A program made the translations under genes and the position numbers. From contig CBDCME010000073.1 of assembly GCA_965218865.1 (NCBI GenBank), positions 289,158 through 353,157 on the forward strand: 64,000 bases of DNA. The letters run 5' to 3'. The notes beneath the pieces are model-generated. The model was not told where the DNA came from. It did not search any database and worked only from the letters and a program-made list of their open reading frames with translations. Source of the DNA: Alphaproteobacteria bacterium. GTDB taxonomy: Bacteria > Pseudomonadota > Alphaproteobacteria > JAAXGF01. Positions within the stretch are counted from its first letter, which is position 1, and each line of letters opens with the position of its first letter. Below, piece after piece: positions 51,155 through 61,134 of the stretch.

Positions 51155-53820
51155 CCCGGCGCCATGAGCTCGCGCCTGCGGTCCTCGCTCATCGACCATG
51201 GCAGCCACGGCGACATGTCATCCGGCGGTTTGCGGCCGTTCTTCGCGCAGGCTTCGAGCCACGCTTCCAGCCAGCGCAGGACGTCGATGCCGTTCATCGA
51301 GAGCGTGCCCACCACCGAGTACATGATCGCCGTGAACCTGGCGCCGTCCTCGCTGTTCGAACCGAAGCTTAATCGTCGTCCGATGACTGGCCCCCGGAGC
51401 GCGCGCTCGGCCTTGTTGTTGTCCATCGGAACCTGTGGCTTGTCGACGAAGACGCACAACCCCTCGCGGTGGTTGAGAAGCGAGCGCAGCGGCTTGGCCC
51501 TGCGCGCCCTCTCCGACAGGCCGGCCAACTCCGCTTCGGCGTCCGCGAACAGGCGGGCGACCGCCGCTTCCAACTCGCCCTGCGCCGCGTCGAACGCCGG
51601 TGTCCGGCGTTCGAGACCGGGGTCGTAATGCTCCAGCCGCGCCTCGTTCAGCCGGTAGATCTCCGCGATCCGCTCGATCCATCCCTGGCACCAGCCCGTC
51701 AGTCTCACCTGGCCGGCCGCGCACTCGATAAAATCGCGGCGCATATGGGACCAGCAGAATGCAAGGGTCACCTTGCCCTCGCGAAGGCGAGCGAGTCGCT
51801 TGTAGGCGCTATAGCGGTCGCAGACGATGACCGTGTCGAGGAGGCCTTCGGCGAACAGCTCGAGCGCCGCCTCGGCGCTGCGCGAGGGGTCGATATGGAA
51901 AGAGACCGCGTCATTGCTGACCGAGGTCCACAGCCAGGCCCGGCTCGACCGGTCTTCCCCGCGAAGCTCCTGGACGCGCCAACCGGTCTCGTCGGCGTGG
52001 CGCAGCGCCGCCTTGTTCTGGTGCGCGAGGATCGCCTTGGCGACCGGCTCGAACAGCGGCACGAAACGCTTCAGGCTGTCGGCCAGCGTCCCCGGTGAGA
52101 CCCCCAGGCCCTGGCTGGAGAACCACGCGGCAACCCGGTGCAGGGGGCGCAAGCAGGCACAGTGCTCGAACAGGAAGCGTGCCCAGAAGCTGGTCCCGTA
52201 GAGCGTCCTGGGGAACAGCCGCAGCACCGGGGGCGACGACACTTCCATGGGCGACGACGCGCACTCGCAGGTCCGGCGCCAGCGCGGACGGCGGATCACA
52301 CGCTTGTGGGCCTTGACCTCGATCTCGACGAGGGTGGATTCCTCGGCGCCGTTCGGCGCATAGGGCTGCCCGCACCGTCCGCAGACGCACGCATCCGGCG
52401 GCGGGTTGTGCTCTTCGGTGCGCTCCTTGAGCCCGGGCCGCTGGGTGCGGCCATGGCCGGGCGCGCCGCGCTGCTGGCCGCGCTTGCGTTCCGAGCCCGG
52501 CTTGTCCTGCTGTTCGCTCTTGCGGCCGTAGAGCGCCCTCGACAGCACAGCTCCGGTCGCGCGAAGCCTCTCAAGCTGGACTTCCAGCGTCTCGATCCGG
52601 TTCCGCGACGTCTTCGCGCCCTTGCGCAGCCGGGCGTTCTCCCGGGACAGCGACTTGATCGTGGCCTTCTGGCGCCGCGACCTTCGCAGAGCCCTGCGGA
52701 GATCGGCGTCTGCAACGGACAGCGACTTCGACAACGTCTTCCTGACCGCTCGAAGCCCGGCAAGCTCGGACTCGAGTGCCTTCCTGATCGCGCGAAGCTT
52801 GGCAGGCTGAACCTCCAGCGCCGCTTTCCGGGTCTCCAACTTCCGCATGGTCCTGCGCAGACGGGCGTTGTCCTTGCGCAGCGCCTCGATCGTCGTCTTC
52901 TGGCGCCGCGCTCGCCGCAACGCCGCGCGCAATTGAGCGGCCTCGTCGGACGGCAGCTTCGACAGCGTCGCCCCGGCCGCCCGGAGCTTGACGAGCCGGG
53001 CCTTCAACTTCTCCTGCCCGGCCTTGAACACCTCCAGGGCATGGCGCAGCCAGAAGACCTCGTCGGACAGCGATCGGGCCCGGGCCTCGCTGTCGCCCAG
53101 TATCCTCACCTCCCGATGGAGCCGAAGGGACTCGCTGGACAGCTTCCTGGCGGCCTCCCTGATGCTCTCCGTGCTCTCCTTCTCCCGGTCGAGGCGCTTG
53201 TTCAACTGGAGGATCTGCTTGTCCCGCCGGACCGCCTCGTTGTTGAGCCGGGTGATCTCCTTGCGTAGCGTCCTGATGGTGTCCTTCTGGTCCGGGGATC
53301 GCTCCAGGGCGGTGAGCCGCCGACGGGTCTCCGCGGGCCGCGGGCCGATCGCGCCCTCTCGGGCCTCCGGCGCGACCAGGGCCTTGCGCAGCCGGGCGTT
53401 CTCCTTGCGCAGCGCCTCGGTCGTGCTGCTCTCGTTCGACCCGATGCCGGCTTCGGAGAGGAGCGTCTCCAGGCGCGCCACTTCGGCCTGCAAGGAAGGC
53501 ACGTCCCTTGCCGCGCGGCGAGCTTCCTTCGTCTCCTCGACGGCCTCGCTCAACCTGCGCCGGCAGGCCTTGAACCGCGACTTCCACGAGCCGGCATCGC
53601 TACGCGAGGCCACTTCCGCCCAGCGTAGCTCTTCCGCGCGCGCTTCGGCCGCGTCCGCGCGGGCGCGCTCCCGCTCATACAGCGAGCGCAAGTCGCGCGG
53701 CGCGCGCTCCGGTAAGGACACCGGGCACGACCGGACCCCGCCATTACCCTCGACCAGCGTCAGGTCGGTGCCAAAATCCTCGTCCAGAACCGCCATGCGC
53801 TCGACGATAGCGCACGGCAA
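51151..53820 (-). CDS. tnpC: IS66-family transposase TnpC with extended N-terminal coiled coil
   Basis: 889 aa. Zinc-finger CxxC (ACVCGRCGQP) and the IS66 DDE core (HADETGWRV ... CDRYSAYK ... CWSHMRRDF). The N-terminal ~450 aa form a coiled coil with repeated (T/A)I(K/E)xLxxENARLR motifs. Confidence 0.8.
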   Translation of the reverse strand: MPCAIVERMAVLDEDFGTDLTLVEGNGGVRSCPVSLPERAPRDLRSLYERERARADAAEARAEELRWAEVASRSDAGSWKSRFKACRRRLSEAVEETKEARRAARDVPSLQAEVARLETLLSEAGIGSNESSTTEALRKENARLRKALVAPEAREGAIGPRPAETRRRLTALERSPDQKDTIRTLRKEITRLNNEAVRRDKQILQLNKRLDREKESTESIREAARKLSSESLRLHREVRILGDSEARARSLSDEVFWLRHALEVFKAGQEKLKARLVKLRAAGATLSKLPSDEAAQLRAALRRARRQKTTIEALRKDNARLRRTMRKLETRKAALEVQPAKLRAIRKALESELAGLRAVRKTLSKSLSVADADLRRALRRSRRQKATIKSLSRENARLRKGAKTSRNRIETLEVQLERLRATGAVLSRALYGRKSEQQDKPGSERKRGQQRGAPGHGRTQRPGLKERTEEHNPPPDACVCGRCGQPYAPNGAEESTLVEIEVKAHKRVIRRPRWRRTCECASSPMEVSSPPVLRLFPRTLYGTSFWARFLFEHCACLRPLHRVAAWFSSQGLGVSPGTLADSLKRFVPLFEPVAKAILAHQNKAALRHADETGWRVQELRGEDRSSRAWLWTSVSNDAVSFHIDPSRSAEAALELFAEGLLDTVIVCDRYSAYKRLARLREGKVTLAFCWSHMRRDFIECAAGQVRLTGWCQGWIERIAEIYRLNEARLEHYDPGLERRTPAFDAAQGELEAAVARLFADAEAELAGLSERARRAKPLRSLLNHREGLCVFVDKPQVPMDNNKAERALRGPVIGRRLSFGSNSEDGARFTAIMYSVVGTLSMNGIDVLRWLEAWLEACAKNGRKPPDDMSPWLPWSMSEDRRRELMAPG

Positions 53821-53984
53821 ATTCCGTTACCAGCAGAAAGACAGCACCTCGTGGGCTTCGCCTCAACTTGGGAAATGCGCTTGACGGCACCCATTCCACG
53901 GCCTGAACGAACACTTACCGCGCGTGTAATTGTTCGTTCAGGCCGTGGAATCAGCGCGGGCGTTTCTATCCGCCCCGGCGGATT

Positions 53985-54866
53985 TTAGCGATTGAGGCTG
54001 CGTTTCCAGTCTCGTCGCAGGGGCCGGAGCCAGACATCCTTTTTCGGCTTGTCAAACTGCCTGTCCCGGTCGTAGCGCCCGCGCCCCTGGGTGGCGCCGA
54101 CATGGATCCAGCCCGATGCCCTGTAGACCGCGCCGGTATATCGCGGGGTCTCGACGAATGTCTCGATGAGCACGGGCGTGGTGTTGTAGCGCTCGGTCCA
54201 GTCGTCGGGCAGGCGCCGGCGGATGATGGCGAGGATGTGCGAGCCCAGGTTGGGGATCTTGATCCAGGGCAGGATCAGGAACCTCGGGTTGTCGACCACG
54301 AAGGGAAGGTTCTTCTCGCGCAGTTGCCGTGTCCATCCGATGAAGGTGTCGCGCGTGGCAAGCTTCCACGCGGCGGTGGAGAAGCCGAGCATGGCGAGTG
54401 GCCAGCCGTTTCGGTCATGGACGGCATAGCGCATCTGGGCGCCGACCAGGGTCTTGTATCCGAGATAGTGGTAGCGGGCGACGAACTCGTTCCAGAGCTT
54501 CCCTTCCCGGGTGCCGCGCACGACGGGGTGCAGGTCGAGCGGACGGACCTCGTCGAGGGTCGTCGGGGCCGGGAACAGCGGCGGTTCGGTGTCCGGCCCG
54601 AAGACGATCGGCCCGGGCCGGTTCTGCCGTCCCCGCGGCGCCGGCAGGGCGATCAGGCCGTCCCTGTGCATGGCCAGCATAGCGACCCTGGCCATCATGT
54701 CCTTGAGGCCGCCGTCGGGCTTGAACCAGCCGATGCGCCGGCAGAACTCCTTCGACAGCATATGGCGGTTCAACGGCGGCGGCCCGGCGATCAGCGCGCG
54801 CAGCAGCGCCATTTCCCCGGCGGTGAAATCGCGGCCGTAATAACGGCACTCGATCTTGCCGGTCAT
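53985..54866 (-). CDS. standalone DUF4338 (DruA-like) protein (copy 2)
   Basis: Identical to the 50273..51154 product. Confidence 0.7.
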   Translation of the reverse strand: MTGKIECRYYGRDFTAGEMALLRALIAGPPPLNRHMLSKEFCRRIGWFKPDGGLKDMMARVAMLAMHRDGLIALPAPRGRQNRPGPIVFGPDTEPPLFPAPTTLDEVRPLDLHPVVRGTREGKLWNEFVARYHYLGYKTLVGAQMRYAVHDRNGWPLAMLGFSTAAWKLATRDTFIGWTRQLREKNLPFVVDNPRFLILPWIKIPNLGSHILAIIRRRLPDDWTERYNTTPVLIETFVETPRYTGAVYRASGWIHVGATQGRGRYDRDRQFDKPKKDVWLRPLRRDWKRSLNR

Positions 54867-57532
54867 CCCGGCGCCATGAGCTCGCGCCTGCGGTCCTCGC
54901 TCATCGACCATGGCAGCCACGGCGACATGTCATCCGGCGGTTTGCGGCCGTTCTTCGCGCAGGCTTCGAGCCACGCTTCCAGCCAGCGCAGGACGTCGAT
55001 GCCGTTCATCGAGAGCGTGCCCACCACCGAGTACATGATCGCCGTGAACCTGGCGCCGTCCTCGCTGTTCGAACCGAAGCTTAATCGTCGTCCGATGACT
55101 GGCCCCCGGAGCGCGCGCTCGGCCTTGTTGTTGTCCATCGGAACCTGTGGCTTGTCGACGAAGACGCACAACCCCTCGCGGTGGTTGAGAAGCGAGCGCA
55201 GCGGCTTGGCCCTGCGCGCCCTCTCCGACAGGCCGGCCAACTCCGCTTCGGCGTCCGCGAACAGGCGGGCGACCGCCGCTTCCAACTCGCCCTGCGCCGC
55301 GTCGAACGCCGGTGTCCGGCGTTCGAGACCGGGGTCGTAATGCTCCAGCCGCGCCTCGTTCAGCCGGTAGATCTCCGCGATCCGCTCGATCCATCCCTGG
55401 CACCAGCCCGTCAGTCTCACCTGGCCGGCCGCGCACTCGATAAAATCGCGGCGCATATGGGACCAGCAGAATGCAAGGGTCACCTTGCCCTCGCGAAGGC
55501 GAGCGAGTCGCTTGTAGGCGCTATAGCGGTCGCAGACGATGACCGTGTCGAGGAGGCCTTCGGCGAACAGCTCGAGCGCCGCCTCGGCGCTGCGCGAGGG
55601 GTCGATATGGAAAGAGACCGCGTCATTGCTGACCGAGGTCCACAGCCAGGCCCGGCTCGACCGGTCTTCCCCGCGAAGCTCCTGGACGCGCCAACCGGTC
55701 TCGTCGGCGTGGCGCAGCGCCGCCTTGTTCTGGTGCGCGAGGATCGCCTTGGCGACCGGCTCGAACAGCGGCACGAAACGCTTCAGGCTGTCGGCCAGCG
55801 TCCCCGGTGAGACCCCCAGGCCCTGGCTGGAGAACCACGCGGCAACCCGGTGCAGGGGGCGCAAGCAGGCACAGTGCTCGAACAGGAAGCGTGCCCAGAA
55901 GCTGGTCCCGTAGAGCGTCCTGGGGAACAGCCGCAGCACCGGGGGCGACGACACTTCCATGGGCGACGACGCGCACTCGCAGGTCCGGCGCCAGCGCGGA
56001 CGGCGGATCACACGCTTGTGGGCCTTGACCTCGATCTCGACGAGGGTGGATTCCTCGGCGCCGTTCGGCGCATAGGGCTGCCCGCACCGTCCGCAGACGC
56101 ACGCATCCGGCGGCGGGTTGTGCTCTTCGGTGCGCTCCTTGAGCCCGGGCCGCTGGGTGCGGCCATGGCCGGGCGCGCCGCGCTGCTGGCCGCGCTTGCG
56201 TTCCGAGCCCGGCTTGTCCTGCTGTTCGCTCTTGCGGCCGTAGAGCGCCCTCGACAGCACAGCTCCGGTCGCGCGAAGCCTCTCAAGCTGGACTTCCAGC
56301 GTCTCGATCCGGTTCCGCGACGTCTTCGCGCCCTTGCGCAGCCGGGCGTTCTCCCGGGACAGCGACTTGATCGTGGCCTTCTGGCGCCGCGACCTTCGCA
56401 GAGCCCTGCGGAGATCGGCGTCTGCAACGGACAGCGACTTCGACAACGTCTTCCTGACCGCTCGAAGCCCGGCAAGCTCGGACTCGAGTGCCTTCCTGAT
56501 CGCGCGAAGCTTGGCAGGCTGAACCTCCAGCGCCGCTTTCCGGGTCTCCAACTTCCGCATGGTCCTGCGCAGACGGGCGTTGTCCTTGCGCAGCGCCTCG
56601 ATCGTCGTCTTCTGGCGCCGCGCTCGCCGCAACGCCGCGCGCAATTGAGCGGCCTCGTCGGACGGCAGCTTCGACAGCGTCGCCCCGGCCGCCCGGAGCT
56701 TGACGAGCCGGGCCTTCAACTTCTCCTGCCCGGCCTTGAACACCTCCAGGGCATGGCGCAGCCAGAAGACCTCGTCGGACAGCGATCGGGCCCGGGCCTC
56801 GCTGTCGCCCAGTATCCTCACCTCCCGATGGAGCCGAAGGGACTCGCTGGACAGCTTCCTGGCGGCCTCCCTGATGCTCTCCGTGCTCTCCTTCTCCCGG
56901 TCGAGGCGCTTGTTCAACTGGAGGATCTGCTTGTCCCGCCGGACCGCCTCGTTGTTGAGCCGGGTGATCTCCTTGCGTAGCGTCCTGATGGTGTCCTTCT
57001 GGTCCGGGGATCGCTCCAGGGCGGTGAGCCGCCGACGGGTCTCCGCGGGCCGCGGGCCGATCGCGCCCTCTCGGGCCTCCGGCGCGACCAGGGCCTTGCG
57101 CAGCCGGGCGTTCTCCTTGCGCAGCGCCTCGGTCGTGCTGCTCTCGTTCGACCCGATGCCGGCTTCGGAGAGGAGCGTCTCCAGGCGCGCCACTTCGGCC
57201 TGCAAGGAAGGCACGTCCCTTGCCGCGCGGCGAGCTTCCTTCGTCTCCTCGACGGCCTCGCTCAACCTGCGCCGGCAGGCCTTGAACCGCGACTTCCACG
57301 AGCCGGCATCGCTACGCGAGGCCACTTCCGCCCAGCGTAGCTCTTCCGCGCGCGCTTCGGCCGCGTCCGCGCGGGCGCGCTCCCGCTCATACAGCGAGCG
57401 CAAGTCGCGCGGCGCGCGCTCCGGTAAGGACACCGGGCACGACCGGACCCCGCCATTACCCTCGACCAGCGTCAGGTCGGTGCCAAAATCCTCGTCCAGA
57501 ACCGCCATGCGCTCGACGATAGCGCACGGCAA
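54863..57532 (-). CDS. tnpC: IS66-family transposase TnpC (copy 2)
   Basis: Identical to the 51151..53820 product. Confidence 0.8.
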   Translation of the reverse strand: MPCAIVERMAVLDEDFGTDLTLVEGNGGVRSCPVSLPERAPRDLRSLYERERARADAAEARAEELRWAEVASRSDAGSWKSRFKACRRRLSEAVEETKEARRAARDVPSLQAEVARLETLLSEAGIGSNESSTTEALRKENARLRKALVAPEAREGAIGPRPAETRRRLTALERSPDQKDTIRTLRKEITRLNNEAVRRDKQILQLNKRLDREKESTESIREAARKLSSESLRLHREVRILGDSEARARSLSDEVFWLRHALEVFKAGQEKLKARLVKLRAAGATLSKLPSDEAAQLRAALRRARRQKTTIEALRKDNARLRRTMRKLETRKAALEVQPAKLRAIRKALESELAGLRAVRKTLSKSLSVADADLRRALRRSRRQKATIKSLSRENARLRKGAKTSRNRIETLEVQLERLRATGAVLSRALYGRKSEQQDKPGSERKRGQQRGAPGHGRTQRPGLKERTEEHNPPPDACVCGRCGQPYAPNGAEESTLVEIEVKAHKRVIRRPRWRRTCECASSPMEVSSPPVLRLFPRTLYGTSFWARFLFEHCACLRPLHRVAAWFSSQGLGVSPGTLADSLKRFVPLFEPVAKAILAHQNKAALRHADETGWRVQELRGEDRSSRAWLWTSVSNDAVSFHIDPSRSAEAALELFAEGLLDTVIVCDRYSAYKRLARLREGKVTLAFCWSHMRRDFIECAAGQVRLTGWCQGWIERIAEIYRLNEARLEHYDPGLERRTPAFDAAQGELEAAVARLFADAEAELAGLSERARRAKPLRSLLNHREGLCVFVDKPQVPMDNNKAERALRGPVIGRRLSFGSNSEDGARFTAIMYSVVGTLSMNGIDVLRWLEAWLEACAKNGRKPPDDMSPWLPWSMSEDRRRELMAPG

Positions 57533-57630
57533 ATTCCGTTACCAGCAGAAAGACAGCACCTCGTGGGCTTCGCCTCAACTTGGGAAATGCGCTTGACGGC
57601 ACCCATTCCACGGCCTGAACGAACACTTAC

Positions 57631-57787
57631 GTTCATGGTCCGAAAACACAGCCGCTTCGCCGCCAGGGACACAGAACTCCCGCTCGATCAGCCTTCGGCA
57701 CAGCGCGACCTGATCGGCGACGCTCAGCGGATTCTGAATTTTCGACGAATAGCGGGCGTAGATTGCCGCTTTCGGCTTCGCTTTCAT
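57631..57787 (-). pseudogene. large serine recombinase, N-terminal fragment (catalytic Ser region)
   Basis: MKAKPKAAIYARYSSKIQNPLSVADQVALCRRLIEREFCVPGGEAAVFSDHE, then the IS66 TIR. It continues in frame with the 48695..50212 fragment across the insertion. Confidence 0.7.
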
Positions 57788-57959
57788 CGTCTTCCTTGCA
57801 TCGCGCACGGAGACGGAAACCTAGCGGTTTGCCGGTGAAAGTCAAAACGCCCGCAGAGGGGTCCATCAGGATCGGCGCGGACGGCGCAACGCATTGATAT
57901 ATCGTTGAAATTCTATTTCGACCCGGAGCGTTCATCGACGCGCGAAGCCGTAGGGATTC

Positions 57960-58255
57960 CAATGCGCGCAACGAAAAACATGGAAAAACATGATTATCGG
58001 AAAGCGAAACATGAAAAAACATGATTTGCCCGTAACATATTGATTTATCGCCTTGAATCCCAAACCATGCCGAACATTTCCGCAATTTGCTGAACGTTAC
58101 GACCAGTTTCACAAACCTTTCGTGTCCATGCAACCCATTGATATAACATCATATTTTCCTTAAATTTCCTACAATTTCCCTAAATTTATCTGATTTCCTT
58201 AAATTTCCTGCCGTTTGATGGCAGGTTATGCAATGTGGGCCCACACATTGCCCAC
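57960..58255. repeat. AT-rich iteron-like region (4x AAACATGA, 3x TCCTTAAATTTCCT-like, two short palindromes)
   Basis: GC drops far below window average. Direct repeats at 57974-58024 and 58155-58208. Palindromes CCTGCC-N7-GGCAGG and GCAATGTG-N6-CACATTGC. Confidence 0.45.
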
Positions 58256-58429
58256 GGCCTTTGTCCGCGGATGCTTATTTCGCGCCTCCGGCGCTCAACG
58301 CTGTAAAAGGGAGTTTTGATTTGCGGCGGCTGTTTTAGCAGCCGGCAAGGCGGCGCGGATTCGCTGGAAAGATTGCCCCAAAACATGGGCCGGGCTCGGC
58401 GGCCGGCGGCTTCGGGGAGCGATTCCCCC

Positions 58430-61134
58430 TCAGCGCCCGAGGCCGCTTTCGGCGGCACGCGACGGCGCCAGGCGGGACAGCCCGGCCAGTTGCCGCCTGA
58501 TCTCCGGGCGCCGGGCCGCCTCGCGCCACATCTCGCCGAAGGTTGTTTTGCCTTCTTTCGCCGGAGGTGGAACGATCACCTTGCCGTTCACCGCCTTGGC
58601 GGCTTCCCTAGCGTCGGACCGCCCCCTCGCCGCCGCGGCGTTATCGGTGGCGACAACGATTCCGGCCTTCGGATGTTTGAGGCGCCACGCCTCGGCGACC
58701 GCCTTGAGGTTGTCCGCACCGAAGGCGCAAAGCGTCCGCCGGCCCGTGGCCTCGTGGATGGCGGCGGCGGACGCCAGGTCCTTGGCGATAACGGCGTCGC
58801 CCTTGCCGCCGGGTTTCTCCTTGCCGATCCCGAACATCAGGCCCTCGGGGCTTCCGGAGGCCCAGGCGCTCGGCGGTCTCGCCATTATCGTCCAGGGCGC
58901 ACAAGCCCCAGACGCGCCCGCTTGCATCGGTCAACGGAACCAGGACATGCTTGTCCCGGCGCAGGTTCTCCACGGGAAGGCCGGGCGGCAGCCCTTGCGG
59001 CGTACCGTCCTTGCCGAGGGGCTCGGCGTTTCGCCAGCGCAGCCACACGGCGTCCCCCGGCGGGACGGGCCAGCACATCGCGGATTTTGTCGGGATCGCC
59101 CGCCCTTTCCGCGAACGACGCGGCGCCTTCGGGAACGGCGAGGGTGGCGCGCGTTTCCCCGGCCGATTCCTTCAGGGATCCGGCCCGTTCCTTGTCCGCC
59201 GCGATGACCAGCTTGCCGTCCGGATAGCGTTCCCGCAGCGCCCGCGCGAGGTCTCCCATCTTGTCCGCCTCTTCCGCCACCGCCCACGGGCAGCCTCGTG
59301 GCCTTGTGGATCGCCGCGCCCGAGAGATAGTCGCCGGCGACGACGATCGCGTCCTTGCCGGCCCGCCGCCCCGGATCGATCACGTGCATCAGCGCCCAGA
59401 CCCACGCCGCCGTCCTGGCCTGAACCCTGCCGGCGCGGCGCGTCCCGCCGTCCCTGGCGATGAACTTGACATCATGGAGCCGGCCGTGGACGTCCTTGAG
59501 CGGCATGGCCACGCCGCCGTCCGGCGCCAGCTTGAGGCCGAATCCTCGGACCCGGTTCTCCATCAGCCAGGGCGTGTTGCCGGGGGTGGTCCCACGGCGC
59601 GCCCTTGAGTTCCGTCCACGCCATTTGCGCCTTGTCGCCCACCAGAGGCGCGAGCCTTGCCCGCAAATCCGCGGGCTTCACCGTCCCGGTCCGATCGTCG
59701 TTCCATTCCTTCACTTCCAGGGCCTCGACGCCGACCGCCCTGGCCCGCTCGGCGAAAGCCGCCGCCCCGGCGGCCGCGATCTTACAATCCGCATGTTTGG
59801 CGCGCAGGCAGGCGGCCGCGGCCTTGAGGTCTCCGCCCTTAGGCACCAACGCCACAGGCGCGTGCGCGGCGTTGCGAACGGCGGCGGCGGCGGCGATATT
59901 ATCGGTTAGCACCACGGCCGGGGGCTTCCCGCCCGCTTCGATTCTCCGCTCCGGGTCGATGACGTGCAGCAATCCCTTCTTGCCGAGGTTTCCGATCTCC
60001 GTCGTCTTTCCGTCCGGCTTGAGAACCTGCAAGCCCCCATACGTGGCCGTCCTTGCCGCGGAACGGAACCATCAGGTTGCCGCTTCCGTCCTCCCTCAAT
60101 CCCAGACTCCGCGCCCCGCCCTTTTCCTTGACCCACGGCCCGGCCGTTCCATCCGCCCACTTGCCCGCGTCGATCCAGTGCCTCAGTGCCGGACGCAGGG
60201 TCCGGGGCAGCCGGTCCCGGCCACCATCGCCGAAGGCCCGGAACATCTTCTTGTAGGTCATGATGACGACCAGGGCCAAGGGATCGCGGTAGGCCTCGTT
60301 GATGAGAAACTGCTTCCAGTCCGCCGCTATTCTCCCGGCCAGCGTTTTCGGACGCCTTCTCCGTCCAGTGAAGGTCCGCCACAGGCGCGAAGCCCCGGGG
60401 TGCCGGGTCAGGGGCTTTGCGCTGTAGCGCCGGCGCGGCTTGGACGCGCTCGCCTTGTCCATGGATTCGTAAGGGCCCAAGCGCTCTTTCAGCTTGCTGA
60501 ACGTGAGGTCCGGGCCCGCGAGGCTCGCCTTGACCACCTCCGGGCCGTCCCGCCGTTTCAACGCCAGGCCGGCGCCGCGCCGTTTGATCTCGATATCGAA
60601 GGCGGCGAGCCCCTGGTGCAACTCGCGCCAGGTGCGCGCCTTCCCGGCGATCCCGAGAATCTCTTTCCTGTTGTCGAGAACGTGGTTCTGAAACGATTGG
60701 CGCCAGGTCCGCGCCTCGAAGTCCCGCGCCGCCGGGTGCGCAACGGCGCGGCCCTTGCCGTCCCGGTTGTCGTAGTCGGACCCGCCGAGATCGACGTGAA
60801 GCCCGTACTTTCTCTCCATCGCCCGGCACGTCCTCTCCAGCGCCTTGTAGTCGTTCCACGGCGTGTGGACCGTCAGCTTCCCGGGATGGACCCTGTTGAT
60901 GGCCACGTGCATGTGAAAGTTGTCGGTGTTTTCGTGCGTCCCCGCCACCCGCTGGTGCTCGCCGAAGCCCAGGGCCTCGGCGATGGCCAGGTCCAGGTCC
61001 ACCTCGTCCCCGCCGGCGCAATTGACCGTCCACAGGTCCACCAGCTTCTCGCCCTTTTCCTTGGCCGCCGCGATGTATCCGGACAAGCACCCGAATTTTC
61101 CCTTCACCGTCCGGCCGATCTTCTTGGCGATCAT
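58430..61134 (-). pseudogene. traI: MOBP-family relaxase (RP4 TraI-like); N-terminal relaxase domain intact, C-terminal region broken over at least 4 frames
   Basis: N-terminal part 59899..61134 shows MIAK ... YI ... VNC ... GFGEHQRV ... HENTDNFHMHVAINRVHP (3-His motif). Downstream, repeated about 90-aa modules appear in the ORFs 59472..60032, 58931..59563, 58885..59280 and 58430..58927, each in a different frame. Confidence 0.7.

Larger units (their letters stand above)
50213..53918 (-). mobile_element. IS66-family element lacking tnpA/tnpB, copy 1 (26-bp TIR GTAA(T/G)TGTTCGTTCAGGCCGTGGAAT)
   Basis: About 3.7 kb. Carries tnpC plus a DUF4338 gene. The 8-bp TSD GTTCATGG flanks the tandem pair. 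Confidence 0.75.
53926..57630 (-). mobile_element. IS66-family element, copy 2 (tandem; separated from copy 1 by 7 bp CGCGCGT)
   Basis: Proteins identical to copy 1. Confidence 0.75.

Noticed and set aside
49316-51628. 770-aa plus-strand ORF spanning the recombinase, the IS66 TIR and the DUF4338 gene in antisense
   Set aside because: It crosses a mobile-element boundary and lies antisense to three well-supported genes. It is a GC-rich spurious frame.
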